From Camelus dromedarius (Eukaryota), in contig NC_087436.1 in NCBI RefSeq assembly GCF_036321535.1, forward strand, positions 80,788,001 through 80,852,000: a stretch of DNA of 64,000 nt. Direction: 5' to 3'. The position numbers were made by a program, and so were the translations under genes. The notes below the pieces were generated by a model. That model was not told the DNA's origin. It was given only the letters and a program-made list of their open reading frames with translations, and ran no database searches. Positions 38,821-51,905 of this stretch are shown here, piece by piece (within the stretch, counting starts at the first letter, position 1; the number at the start of each line of letters is the position of its first letter).

Positions 38821-38988
38821 ATCTCTGATGGAACTTATTATGTACTATATTTAGTTAGCCTGCAAGGTTTTTATTTACCAAATATTCAAAGCAGATTTTT
38901 TTCTTTGTTTTTGATTTTCAGACTTTTCTCTCTCCCCACATAAATCCAAATTCCTTTGTACTCACTCAGATAAATGTGGATTGTTTTG

Positions 38989-39041
38989 CTTTCTTTCTTT
39001 CTCTCTCTCTCTCTCTTTTTTTTTTTTTTTTTTTTTTTTTT
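38989..39041 (+). repeat. (CTTT)/(CT)n followed by poly-T
   Basis: Read directly. Confidence 0.85.
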
Positions 39042-40785
39042 GGTGTATTCGTTATTTCATTCTCAGCAGGGCTCATTCACCAACCACCCCACTCCAGGAA
39101 TGTTTAGTTCTTTGCTCACTGTGAAAAAAGGGAAGCTGTCTTCTATTTAAAGTTGTGACTAAAAGAAATTTTCTTTAGAGAGAAAAAAAGCTGTCTTTGA
39201 AAAAAAAATTGACAGTTGTTAAGGTCTACCCTAGAAAATAGTGAACAAATAAGTATTGTAAAGAGCCGTCAAAAAGAATTTGAATGTGGAGGTAAATTCC
39301 CATTTCCAGTTAAAAGTTGGTGTTAATGAGTTTGAAATTATCCAGAGATTTACTCAGACATTACCTGACTCCAGTTAGTATAACAATAAAGGAACATGTG
39401 GTGACATTTATACATAGAGCAACAGTATTTTCATAAAAAGCTTCAGTAGACCCCTCTGTGTTTTGACTTGGACTTGGCATGTTGTAAGCCGATCATCACG
39501 GCCCACACGTGACATGTTAGTTGGGGAACTGGAGCCTGTGAGTCTCTTTCTTTCCTGAGGATGTCTTTAACGGCCCTTTAAGGATATCTAAGGTTTTAAG
39601 ACCATCACCACTATTATTTCTCAGAGTACAGCTTCCAAAGATACATGACTCTTTTCATTAAGTTGAACAATAAGCAATTAGTTCCCTACCCTTCCCCAAC
39701 CCTGTTGCAGATGGGCAACATTATTTATCATTAACATGAAAACCAGTCATTGATTCAGAAACACTACATTGGTGATAATGTGGCATTTTCCCCAGGCAAA
39801 GGCACCATTGATTTCCTTATGAGACCAAGGACTGGATAAAGTCAAGTCCTGGGTCAGAGTCAGTCAGTAGGTCATGTTTTGTTCACATGTGGTCAAGAGC
39901 AAGATTCACTTCAATTTAGCAATAATTGAGTAATAAGAATGTAATGCCGGCCAATATTTTATAAGCTGTAAACTCCTGCTTTATTTTACCTTAATAATTG
40001 TTCTATGATGAGTAAATCTAAACTTTACATTTACACAAACACAATGATACAAAGAAATCTAGGAAATCATGTCTTCAAGTACAGTATATTTCAGGACCCT
40101 TAAACTATTTTGTTTTCAATTCAATGAACGCACATGTCCAGTAACTTTGATTTCCTCCTTGAACAAGTTTCCTTCTAAGGAGATATATTTACTCTCCTCT
40201 GGGCTTTTACTTGTTCCTTCTTAGATAAGTGTTTTATATTTAGCCACTGACTATCTTATTTAAGATTTTAACTGAATGCCTACTGTCTTATCCTGGGATT
40301 CAGGGAGACACGTGGATAGAGCAGGATTTAAAACTACTGGAGCTACTCACTGAAGCCGGACAAGAACTGAGGTAGTTTATAACCCATAGAGGTGACTGCT
40401 TAGGGGGATCAATTTGGTGACCAGTCAGACTATCCAAGAGTTTCAGCAATCTCAGTCACAATCCAGTTGGTCATGGGGAAATTGCATGAAGTGGTGTATT
40501 ATAACAGGAGGATCTGGTTTAATCAGAGAGAGTTCTGTGGAAAGGGAGCTATACTTAGACTGAAGATGAATTTGTCAAACAGTTGCATCTTGAAAGTGTG
40601 TACTTGGACATAAAGGGCCCAGTTATTACTGGCACATTGTGTAGTAGATTATTACCTAAGAGCTCACAACAAAGGACTAAGACAGAAGTTCAGTTATAAG
40701 AATTGAGGTTGGTTCACGGGGCTATAGATGAGAGGAGATTGGAATTGAGGAAAAGGTAAGAACTCATTTTTTACATCTATAGAGC

Positions 40786-41238
40786 GTGTTCTAGTTCAGG
40801 ACCTCTGAGAGACAGACATAAAGGCAAAATTAAAGGTTCAAGAATTTTATTAGAAGAAACGGCTGTGTGAGAGAAAATGGTAGAGGGAACTGCAAAAGCC
40901 TGGGGTAGCCATTAGATTAGATGCAAATCAGATCCTGAAGGGGAAAGGGAGAAAAGGTTCGGTAGAAGCACCTTAAATTGTCATGCAACCCAGTAAAGGT
41001 TTTGGAAGACTGGGAATCATCAGGTCAACGTCAACCATAAGAAGCCTCCTATTTCTCTTAAGAGGGGCCTGCCCCACTGTGCCTACGGTGCTCAGTCCGT
41101 GGTTCAGAAGAGCTTGTGGGAAAGTGTGTTCTTGGTGCCAGCGTGGCAATGGGTCTCAAGCACAGCAACTAAAACTCTTGACCAATTACTCCCTCTGTAG
41201 TTGGAAGACTAGGAAGCATATCCCTAAGACCACCTCAG
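40786..41238 (-). mobile_element. ERVL solo LTR (LTR16-like)
   Basis: TG...CA bounded; 'caagaattttattagaagaaacggctgtgtgagagaaaatgg', reverse polyA signal tttatt near the left end. Confidence 0.55.
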
Positions 41239-43042
41239 TGTATTTCATCAAAGTGATTTGATTCTCACTCTCAAACCGTAAAGCTATGACTCTGACTTAA
41301 ATTAGTTTTAGACACTGGGGATGGAATTGATTCCATAAGGGAGTATCAAGTGATCCACCCTGGGAAGAGAAGAATTGAGGGAGAGATTAGGAAGCAGTTT
41401 GAGTTTGGCAGCTACTTAGGGTTGTCCAGAGTTTCTTTGCTGTAGTTTTCTGTGTATGTACAGGTGGTTCCCATGTTAAGTGGTTTTCCATTTTGCAACT
41501 TGTCCAGTGTTACTTAAGAAGTACCAAAACGTCCCTTCCTGATTCTTTTCTAACAGTTTTCACTTCAATATCAAGACACCCTGTATAGTATTTTGTATAT
41601 GCACATCTCTTTTTATGTATCCTCCCATAAGATATATTTTCTAGGCTCACATTTTCCTATAAAAGCAGAATCAGACTTTTCTAATACACAGAGAGGGGAG
41701 AACACTGTTCTCTGTGGCTGACTCTTATCACAAAGGTTTCATGATCGATGTGTAACTTTGTTGTGCCAATTAATTCTCACGTGTCATTTTGATGGCTATC
41801 ATAATAAAATATTTATGCAAGTTATTAAATATTAATAAACAAAACCATAATGTCAAAAGAGAAGTTTCCAATATGATTTACTTTAAGGTTATCAACTTTT
41901 CTTGCTCCATCTCCTTTTATCATATTACATGGGAAGAATAATAAGAAAATGCAGTTTCTGAAACATGAGAGTAGCCGAACTGACATAATAATACCCAAAA
42001 TTACCTTTATAGAGTTTAATGCTATAATGTGAAAATTCTTAAACTGTATGTGGGATGAAGTCTTGTAAGGACTTGGGGTTAGGAAAACATGTCATTCTTG
42101 TGGTTATAGTTCCCATTGACACTCAAATTGCTAAATTAATTTTTTTACTAAATGAATTTTCCTGTTTAAAACTTTCTACTCCTTTTCAATTGGCATAGCT
42201 TATGCTCTGGGTTTTTTTTTTTTTTTAAGCTAATGTAATTCAGATTCAATCAGCCGGTAATGAAGTTTTAAAAGTTACCTGCCTAATCTTCAAAATGATT
42301 AAGATCGGGTTTTCTTGGTGATGTAGCTGTTGCTGAGGGGGCAAGGAAGAAGAGTTGGCAAGAAAAGGCATGCAAACTAGGCTTGAGAAGTTTTAGTTCA
42401 CACAGACTCCTTACTGAAGGTTTTTCCTAAGCTCCCGTCTAAGGCATAGGCCATCTGTCTGTGCCCCTCTTTTTTCTTAACTTAGAGTTATGAGGAAGAA
42501 GAATAAGAGGCAGCACCAGAGCAGAAGATAATAAATAAGAAGTGTGATTATTAGTGGATAATAATCTATTCCGCCATATGCACCTACTTTTATCCTCTCA
42601 TCAAGGCATACCAGAGATAGTTTTTTGTTTTTACTTTTAGTAAATTTGGAAAACAAAGGATAAAAAAAAATTAGCATGTTGAATGGTTTACATGTTTCAC
42701 AACCTTTGAGAGTTCTATCAGTCTCAGTGTTGATCTTTTCTGATTTAGTATTCATTGGATACGGGGCTTTTGGCTTCTACTTAAATTCTCTTCAGGGAGC
42801 AGCTAGGAACCACCCACATTCTTTTTGACTTTGCCTTTGTTAAAGACAATGTCTTTGGTAACACAAACCTTTCTTGTGTTGGCCTTAACTTGCAAATTCA
42901 AAATACAGTCAGGCTTTAGGATATATTCCATGCCAAGTAATTGGTGTTCTTTTTACTTAAGTGAAGGATTTGTATTCCTAAGGACTGGTGAAGTGAATGA
43001 CACTCAGTTCACTTGAGTCTGCTCAATTCACTGAAACCCCAG

Positions 43043-43570
43043 AGTAGATTGTTGCAATGATACAATGAATCACAGCTCTCAGTATCCATGCACCTTTGCA
43101 TTGTGGCCTGGTTGCTCCTCTGTGCAAGAAGTGGAATCTGTTTCTACGATGTTAAATCTGGGCTGGCTTTGTAACTTGCTTTGACTAGCAGTGTGGCACA
43201 AAGGACAAAGTGCAGGTTCTGAAACTTAAGACTTAAGACTTAAAAGGTCTTGCAGCTTTTACTCTTATTTATTAGAACTATCCTGTGAAGAAACCAGACC
43301 AGCCTATTGAGAATGAGAAGACAAATGCAGGAGAACCATGGCTTCCCAGTGGATAGCCAGCACCAACTGCCACATGTGAGCGAGGCTGTCTTGGGCTCTC
43401 CAGCCCCAGTGGAGCCGTGAGGTCACTGCAGCTACATCAGAGATCCCATGTGAGACTGAAAGACCTGCTCAAATTGACAACTCACAGAATTGTGAGAATT
43501 AACAAAGCTTTTTTATTTTAAATTGGTAAGTTTGGAGTGGTTTCTATACAGATATAGATAACTGAAATAA
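43043..43570 (+). mobile_element. MaLR solo LTR (MLT1E-H-like)
   Basis: 'aaatctgggctggctttgtaacttgctttgac', 'ccagcaccaactgccacatgtgag', end 'aagtttggagtggtttct...atagataactgaaata'. Confidence 0.8.
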
Positions 43571-43734
43571 CTAGAATAGAGAACAGTCAAAAAGTATGGC
43601 TCCTACCTCCGGGAAGTCTAAGATGAAGACATAATCCAAACTGTCACTCCATAGTTGTAAAATTTCTTTGTCTCATGTTTCCTTAAAAATGTGTGTGATT
43701 TCAGGTTCTGTTCAATGATATATCTATCTATATA

Positions 43735-43876
43735 GTTTGTTTTTATTTTGTTTTTTTTTGGGGGGGGGTAACTAGGTTGATTGACTTATTTATTTTTCAA
43801 GTGGCAGTACTGGGGATTGAACCCAGGATCTTGTGCATGCTAAGTATGTATTCTACGACTGAGCTATATCCTCCCC
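43735..43876 (-). mobile_element. tRNA-Ala-derived SINE (Vic-1-like), second copy
   Basis: 'gtactggggattgaacccaggatcttgtgcatgctaagtatgtattctacgactgagctatatcctcccc' with T-rich tail to the left; homologous to 16142-16277. Confidence 0.88.
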
Positions 43877-44331
43877 CTATATTTATTTTGACCCAGGAAT
43901 AAATGTAAGAGTTTTCCTACTGCTAACCATAATGGATGCTCAAGAAAGATATGTTTTATTCCTCCTGTGGCAACATAACCCCTGATATACCTCTCTGTAT
44001 CTCAGCTTTTATAGTGTAGTATTTCTAACATACTAATATGGTAATACAAAGTGTTAGAAAAGAAGGTGATTTTTAACTGTTTGTCCCTTGTAGTTTTGCG
44101 TAAATGTTGTTTCTCTCATAGTTTATGATGTGATAAGGTCTCCTGCAGGTTCTCCTTTGTATCCTTGAATACAATTAAATTTTAATTATCTAATTATGAT
44201 CAGTCTTCATAAGAGACCCCAATGACGGCCTCCAGACATGGTCTTAGTCAGTTCTCTGTAGACCTAAGGCTTTGTTTTTTGTTGCTGAAAGAAAAAGTGA
44301 CTGGTTCATTTTTTTGTTGCTACAAGAAATT

Positions 44332-44344
44332 GTTGCTTAGCAAC
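44332..44344. promoter_or_regulatory. Palindromic RFX X-box candidate GTTGCTTAGCAAC
   Basis: Fits GTTGCY-N-RGCAAC; extra GTTGCT half-sites at 44281, 44316 and 44378; motif evidence only. Confidence 0.4.
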
Positions 44345-44449
44345 GAGTTTGCCCATCAGCTTCCTAAAGCAGGAGGGGTTGCTAAATAAATTGCTTTACA
44401 GTTTTTTCATAAAAGACTAGATTTATCAAAACATATTCTAGGTTTGGAC

Positions 44450-45208
44450 AATTATCCTGGAAGCAGCAGGGACACAGAAAAAGTTAGGAAATGACCTGAT
44501 CTTACAAGAAGCTAGTTTGCCCTAGTTCTGCTATTACCATATTGAAATACACCCATACTGGTTGGTAAATAGCCACTGCCCTGATTCACATGGGTGTTCC
44601 CCATCCCCAACTATCTCATTTCTTCTTCTGAACTAACCTCTGCACTCTACATCTAAAGAGTTAGAATCTGGAACCACAAGGTTGTTGAACATTCTTAGTA
44701 TCACCATGACAGTGACCATACTATATAGTTTAATTTAGTTTTTTTTTTCAGAGTAATTAGGTAACAGATAAAAGAATTATAAAATAATAAAAAGAGCATG
44801 AGACTATCAGGAAAGGGGCTTGTTATATTACGAGTTTACAAGTAACCAGCTGAATAACATTAATCTGCTTTATCATCTCCACATCTGGACCGTGAAGGAA
44901 TTGATCTGTATGATCTCTAATGCCATGATTAGTACAAATATTTTTATGATTCGAGATAACAGTCTCTATGTTTTGAGCTAAATTACAACCTAACTTAGAA
45001 AACATGTAGTGTTACATTAAAATAAATCTCAAATTGCAATGCCAGTGGATGACATAAAAGGCAAGAAAATAAGCAGAAGGATTCTGCTGGCAGAGGCTAA
45101 TTATAAACCTTTGAGAGAAAATCAGAACACTTTAACAGGCAGTAGGACTTTAACAGGCAGTAGGATAAAGGAAAATTATCCTGGAAGCAGCAGGGACACA
45201 GAAAAAGT
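44450..45208 (+). repeat. Perfect 35-bp direct repeat (44450-44484, 45174-45208) plus 18-bp tandem duplication (45129-45164)
   Basis: aattatcctggaagcagcagggacacagaaaaagt twice; (actttaacaggcagtagg)x2. Confidence 0.92.
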
Positions 45209-45419
45209 GGAAATGAGTGTTAGTTATTGTACATTGATTCTATTTTTTAGGCATATGGCTATGAGGCGACTATAATTGAATTAATTAAAAACTAGTTATA
45301 AAATTACAAACTTCATCAATAGGAGTTCTATCTACTAATAGTAAATTACTCTCTTCCAGAAGAGAGAGATGTACTTAATAGCTACCACATCCTGACAGCT
45401 TGTCACTTACAAGTGTTCC

Positions 45420-46265
45420 TCAATAAAGTTATCAGCAAATTTCTTAGCAGAACTCTAGAAGGGGAGAAGACAGTGGGCTGATATACTAAGAGTGCTGAAA
45501 AAAAATAATTTCAACTGAGAATTCTATACCTAGCAAAACTGTCCTTCAAAAATGAAGAAGAAATTAAGATGTTTCCAGATAAACAAAAGCTGAAGAGAGT
45601 TTATTACCACTAGATCTGCCTTACAGGAAATGCTGAAGGATACTATCCAGTATCTCAAAGCCATATGAGGATGTAAAGGTTTACTATGTAAATAAACATA
45701 AAAACCAGTGTTATTGTAATTTTGGTTTATAACTAACTCCACTTTTTATTTTCTACAAGACTTAAAAGACAAACTCATAAAAAGACTTATTAACCTTTGT
45801 TAATGAGTGCACAATTTATGAAGATGTGATTTGTGCATCGTTAATCTAAAGTTGGGGGTGGAGCAATGTAAGAGTTGAGTTTTTGAAAGAAGTTGAAGTT
45901 AAATTGGTATCCATTTCAAATGTAATCCTCACTGTAACCACAAAGAAAATATCTATGGAATATACATAAAAAGAAATGAGAAGGGAAGCAAAGTGAATCA
46001 TGATTCCACTTCTATGAAATACCTAGAATAGTCAAATTTATAGAGACAGAAGGTAGACTAGTAATTATGAGGAGAAAGGGGAAAAGAGTGATAGAGAATT
46101 ATTATTTAATGGGTATGGAGTTTCATTTTAGTATTAAGAAAAAATTCTGGAGATCGTGGTGATGGTTGTACAACAATCTGAATGTACTTAGTGCTACTGA
46201 ATTGTACACTTAAATATGGATAAAATGCTAAATCTTATGTATATTTTACCACAATTAAAAAACTA
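45420..46265 (+). mobile_element. Old L1 (L1MB-type): ORF1 end joined to 3' terminus
   Basis: ORF1-like 'agaattctatacctagcaaaactgtccttcaaaaatgaag'; 3' end 'atgattccacttctatgaaatacctagaatagtcaaatttatagagacagaa...ttttaccacaattaaaa'. Confidence 0.8.
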
Positions 46266-46814
46266 AACAAAAGATGTAAAATGATGAGGGATCTAAATAT
46301 AAAGGCCATTATTATTTCCAGAACATTTATCATGAATGTCAGTGGCTTCATATTTTTCATACTACTCTACATAAATACAACTCACTCAGTTTAACAATTC
46401 CATCATGTAAATGTTTTATCATGAAGAAAAAAATCAGTAAATCAAGTCTCAAAAAGTTAAATATTTTACCAGAGACAATACTGGATAATGAAAAAAAAGG
46501 GATTTAAATTTACATTGGTTTGAGTAAAAACCCACTCCCTCTGTAACTTCACTGAAAAAAGAAATTAAGGGGGGATGTTTTTAGGAAATTTATGATGAAC
46601 TATTAAATTAATATGTTATTGGAATATGTTTAGAAACAAAGAAATAGCATGCCATTAATAGTTCTAAATGTTTGCATATGAAATAATTATTACTGTGAAA
46701 TATCCCAAATTATTTCCAGAAGTGAAAATAGTTTATTAATAAAATTGACTTTACTCAAGGCCACTCTGATTCACAATTTAATTTTTATTTAATGGAAAGT
46801 AACCTCTTGATTGA

Positions 46815-47229
46815 TGTGGAAGAGACTCCCAGATGCTCATCCAAATGTCTGTTCTCTTCTTCCTGTGTGTACAGCTAGATGAAACTTTCCAGCCTCCTTT
46901 GTGATCAGGAGTAATCGTGTGCTTAAGTTCAAGTCAATGAATTGTAAGAAGTAATATGAATTGGTTTGGCCTCTAAAACCCTCCTACCAGTATCTTCCAT
47001 CTATTTTTTTTCGTTCAACTGTCAAGAATAGAGATGACATCCAAGGTGACCTTGGAAGCTGCCATGATGGCAGAACCTCTGTCACATGCATCTGTGAATG
47101 ACTGTAGAGTAAGATTGTCCTACCTACACATCCAATACTATCTCATGATCAAGAAATGCACTTCTATTGCATTTGAGCCAATATAAATTTATGGTCTTTT
47201 CTGAGTATAACGTAGTCTAACCTAATATA
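46815..47229 (+). mobile_element. MaLR solo LTR (MLT1I/J-like)
   Basis: TG start, 'tttccagcctcctttgtg', 'aagaaatgcacttctattgcatttgagcca', end 'ctaacctaatata'. Confidence 0.65.
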
Positions 47230-47450
47230 GTTAAAATAATAAAATCAATAATAATTACTGGTATTTTACTCATTACTGGATACTTTGTTCTATGTTATTC
47301 TTTTAACCAAAATTATGATGATTGGCTGTGATTACCAGTGGAGAAAATAATATTATAGGCTTCTTTGAAGAGTATAGCAATTAGGATGAAAATGATAAAA
47401 CACTAAAATATAAAATCCATGAGATTTAATTTTTATTTACATCTATTTTA

Positions 47451-47816
47451 TGTTTTTCTTAGTTTGGTCCATTATAGCAAATTATTATAGACTGGGTGAC
47501 TTAAACCACAAACATATATTTCTCACAGTTCTGGAGACTGGGAAATCCAAGATCAAGGCACCAGCAGATTTGGTGAGGACACTCTTGCTGGTTAATAGAC
47601 AACCCTCTTCTCATTTCATCCTCACATGGAGGAGAGCAAAAAGAGGTAGAGGGTTCTCTTGAGTTTCTTCTTGTAAGGCCACTAATCTCATCATGAGGGC
47701 TCCAGCCTCATGACCTAATTACCCACTCAAAGGCCCCATCTTCAAATACCATCATGTTGAGAATTAAAGTTTCAACATATAAATTTTGGGGAGACACAAA
47801 CATTCAATCTATAGCA
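47451..47816 (-). mobile_element. MaLR solo LTR (MLT1A-like)
   Basis: 'tttctcacagttctggagactgggaaatccaagatcaagg...ctcatgacctaattacc...ggagacacaaacattcaatctatagca'. Confidence 0.9.
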
Positions 47817-48849
47817 GATGTCAACTCATTGATTGGAAAGACTGTTTTTTATTCAGTTTTGTTGCTCTAGTTCTTAGCAGAATATCTTGTATGTGGTAGG
47901 CTTTAGTAAATATTTGAATGAATGAATAAACAAGTGAACTAATTAACTCTTCATGGAACCTCGGACAGAGTTCTTAGTCTACTGATACCTTAGGTCCTCT
48001 AATTTTAATTTTCCAGTCACTACAAAATTGTGATTGTAGTGAGAAAATATTATTTAATCATTTTCTGAAAGCATTTTATTTAGAGCTAAAACCTAAAGAA
48101 ACAAATTTCAAAATAGTCTAGAATGTATATGTAATTATATTCATACTTGTAAATTATAATACTGTGTCTATCTGTCATCCTAGATCTCTGTAAATCATTA
48201 TTTGATAAAATAGAATACTCTTCTTACAACATCTTTGTTATAAGCTTAAATATTTCTTGTTGGAGAGATTACTGTTAATTATATTTTTTTCTTACAATGA
48301 AAATGTTTGTCTACTTAATTTGTAATTGAGTAGTATAGGGTTATGTAAATCCATATATTGTGCATACAATTATAAATCAAGATTGGTAAACAGCAAAATG
48401 TCTAGTTTTACACAATGTTTATGAATAATAAAGGGAAATTGACTCACTTTTGTACATTCAGTTTGCAAAGCATCTGCCAAAATGTCGCATAAGGTGTACT
48501 TCTGAATGGATATTAGGTTTCCTAGTTCCACTGAATTCTCTTGTTGAAAGTTTTCATAGGATGTGAACAGATGCCTAATTTGCTAATCTATCACAAAGAA
48601 AACTAGGATTATGAGGTGATGAGTTTGCATCCATTGTTTTATTGTTTTTGAAACACTGAGTAATAGTTAAAGCAAAACCTTAGCATTTTGTGAACTTTTG
48701 AAGGGTTATACATTTTTGTATATCATTCTTGATCAAAGCAAAAATGTTATAAAAATGATGAATGTCTTAATTTCCTTTGGCCCTTTTGCTTTTAATATAT
48801 TTGTGTCTGTATATTTACAGTGGTTTCTGTATTTTCCTTTGCAAGCTTA

Positions 48850-49770
48850 CTAGTTCTCATCTTTAGCAGTTTGATTTGAGTGCATTTTTGTATCTTCCAT
48901 TTGCTCTATTATCATGCTCAGTCCTTCCAGCTTCTTGAACATATGGAATGAGTTATAACTTTTATTGCCCTTGTCTACTATTTCTATCATCTCTGTAATT
49001 TCTAGATCAATTCCGAATGATTGACTTTTTCCCTACTCATTATGGATGAAATTTTCTTGTTTCTTTATATGCTTGCTGATTTTTTAATTGGATGCCATAC
49101 ATTGTAAATTTTACCTTGTTGGGTGCTGCATATTTTTGTACTCCTAAAATTACTGTTGAGTTTTATTCTGGGACAGAGTAAATTTACTTGGAAACAATTT
49201 AATCTCTTTGAGTCTTGCTCTTAAGGTTTGTTAGGTAGAACTAGAGCTGTACTTATTCTAGAGCTGGTCTGCCCCACTACTGAGGCAAAAATCCTTCCGA
49301 ATATTATAGTCAATGAATGTCCTGTGATTTGCGAGGTTTTTAGTTCTGTCTGGTGGAGCCAGAAATGATTTGTGGCCCTCTGTGAACTCTGGCATTTTTT
49401 TTTCCCCTCTTGTCTTTCTGGATGTTTCCTTGGCCTTGGGTAGATTCCTGACACTTATGCTCAGCTGAATACATGAGGGGGGTGCTCCTCAGATTTTGAT
49501 ACTCTGTTTTTGCAACTCTCTTGTCTCTTTCCCTATATACATTCTAGCTGCCTTGGCCTCCCTGAAGTCCCAGTGTCATCTTATCTTACGAGTCTATCAG
49601 GCATAAGTGCCCCTCTCTTGACTTGTGGTCTGTAAAACTCTCTAGGCACTAAGCTGAGATGATTGTAGGGTTAACTTTGTTTCTTATCTCTTAGAATTGC
49701 TGTTTTTTTTTTTTATTGTCTGATGTCCAATATCTTGAGAATTGTCATGCCATATATTTTGTCCACTAAC
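48850..49770 (-). mobile_element. Old L1 (L1MC/ME-type) 5' region fragment
   Basis: 'cagcttcttgaacatatggaat', 'cattgtaaattttaccttgttgggtgctg', 'ccccactactgaggcaaaa'. Confidence 0.7.
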
Positions 49771-50801
49771 ATTTTTTTAAAAGAAAAAAATCTGTTCCCA
49801 TCTTTCTTTCCTAGAAGAGAAAGTTTCTAATGATGTTATTGAAAATAGTAGAATCATTTAATTTTAAGCATCTTGAAAAGGACAAATAGTTAAAGAAGAG
49901 TTCAAAATTTGGATGGAGAAGATGTGTGTTTTGCTGTCCCTGAAATTTTTGGCAGATATGCTCGTGGAACAATGAGAGCATGGCAGAAAGCTACTTCATT
50001 AAACCTAATTGGAAACTAACCTTTCAAAATGTCCTTTATGAAACATTGTTCTGTTCATGCTATTTCTCTGTTTAAATCTTTTAAATGACTTTCTATTGTA
50101 AAAGGATGTAGGCATGAGATGGTGGAGAAAGGTTGAAGGTCTTTAATTTGTAATGTATGACTGAGAATAAATGGTATGTATGTACTGTAGTAGTTGTGAG
50201 TGAGGCTTGGAAGACGGTGACAAGAAATGATGTGGGAGATATCTGTGAGGGTTGCATCCTAAGACTTGTCTGAAATTCCTAAATCATAAATACTTCCAAA
50301 GTAAGTCATACAAGGATGAGTAGCTTAAAATAAAATAGCTGCAATTCAGAGTTCAGCAGTCAGAAAAATCTTTCTGCAATGGTTTTAAAGAAATTAAATT
50401 TGTACCTTAGAAAAATGACAAATCAGTGTCTCATGGACCTTCAGGATAACTCTCCAACAGCCCTAGATGAAACAGTTAAATCCATAAATGTCCTCATTCT
50501 GTTATTTAACAGAGGTACGAGTGTCAAAATGAAGTTCTGGCAGAGTGACTAGAACTGAACAACTCTTCCTTGAGCACGTTGGATTCCTGCCAAGTATTTA
50601 ACACTTCATAAGATGGATGATGGGCTTAATTTTAATTTAGAAAAGTTTAGCCAACAGACTATTAATGATTATAGATCATTTGCTAATTATAGAACATTGC
50701 CAGGTGCTGTGGGGCATTAAGAAAATAGAAGTCATGGGCTTGTAACAACATACAGTTTTAGAGACATGGCATGTTCATTTGAAGGTATAAGTCAGCAAAG
50801 T

Positions 50802-51850
50802 GAACCGTGCATGACATTGATCCTGTCCAAAATGTCCATTGAGACATTTGGTTCATGCCAAAAGGTCCTTGAAATATGGTCCTGTCCAAAACATCCATTT
50901 GGGACATTTGGTCCATGATTCATTAACTAATACGAACACTTAACTTTGTTAAAGTGTACTTTGTACTTCATGATGAATTTTGTATTTCACATTTATTCTT
51001 GTTCTTCTTTGTCATGCAGTTCATCAGGGTTATGCTTAAGTCAATGAGCAATTGCTCTTAAGTACATAAAAATGAGATTACTGGCTTTGTATTCATTCAT
51101 TCATTGTAACAATTTCATTTATACAGATTTGATTTTATTGGTGTTGTCATGAAGTTGATGATTGTATCTGAGAATAACTAGAAAGAACCTGGTGATAACT
51201 TGCTCATTGCTTTGCTGTTCATCTTTTAACACTTCAGTAAATCTCCAAATTGAAGGATAATGCACTACTATCAGCTTTTGAAATTTTCTGAGCCAGCCTT
51301 CCCCTGCATTATTCATCCTGTGATTGCCATTCAGTACTGATGTATAAACATTTCAAGTTTCTGGTGGAAATTTTGGAACTTCTGGTCTTCTTCTGCCTCT
51401 GTCATGCCTTCCATGGACATATAGTCTTTCAACATAATCCATTAGGTAATCTAGCTTTTCTTCTGTATTATCCACAATGTACTCAAAAATTTCATTTACA
51501 TTTTCCAAAGGCACAAATGGAAGTCCAAACAACATGGATGCACCTACGTAAGTGACATTTATGGGTGTTTCTGTTATCCTGTAATTGCATGGTAGACCCA
51601 AAGAAGATATTTTTTCACCACAGTTATTGTGAAAAATGGAACAAGCATCCTTTTACTTATGCATTTGGTAGGAGTAGTCAAATTGCATTTGTATTAGCAA
51701 TCTCAAAATCCATCATGCATAATGAGGGGTTGACGTCAAGATTTCTTTCCTATGCAAATACAAGTACTTCCTCATATATATGTGTGTGTGTGTGTGTACT
51801 ATATACATACATATGTATATACTGTATATACGTGTGTGTGTGTGTGTGTG

Positions 51851-51905
<55 letters not shown>

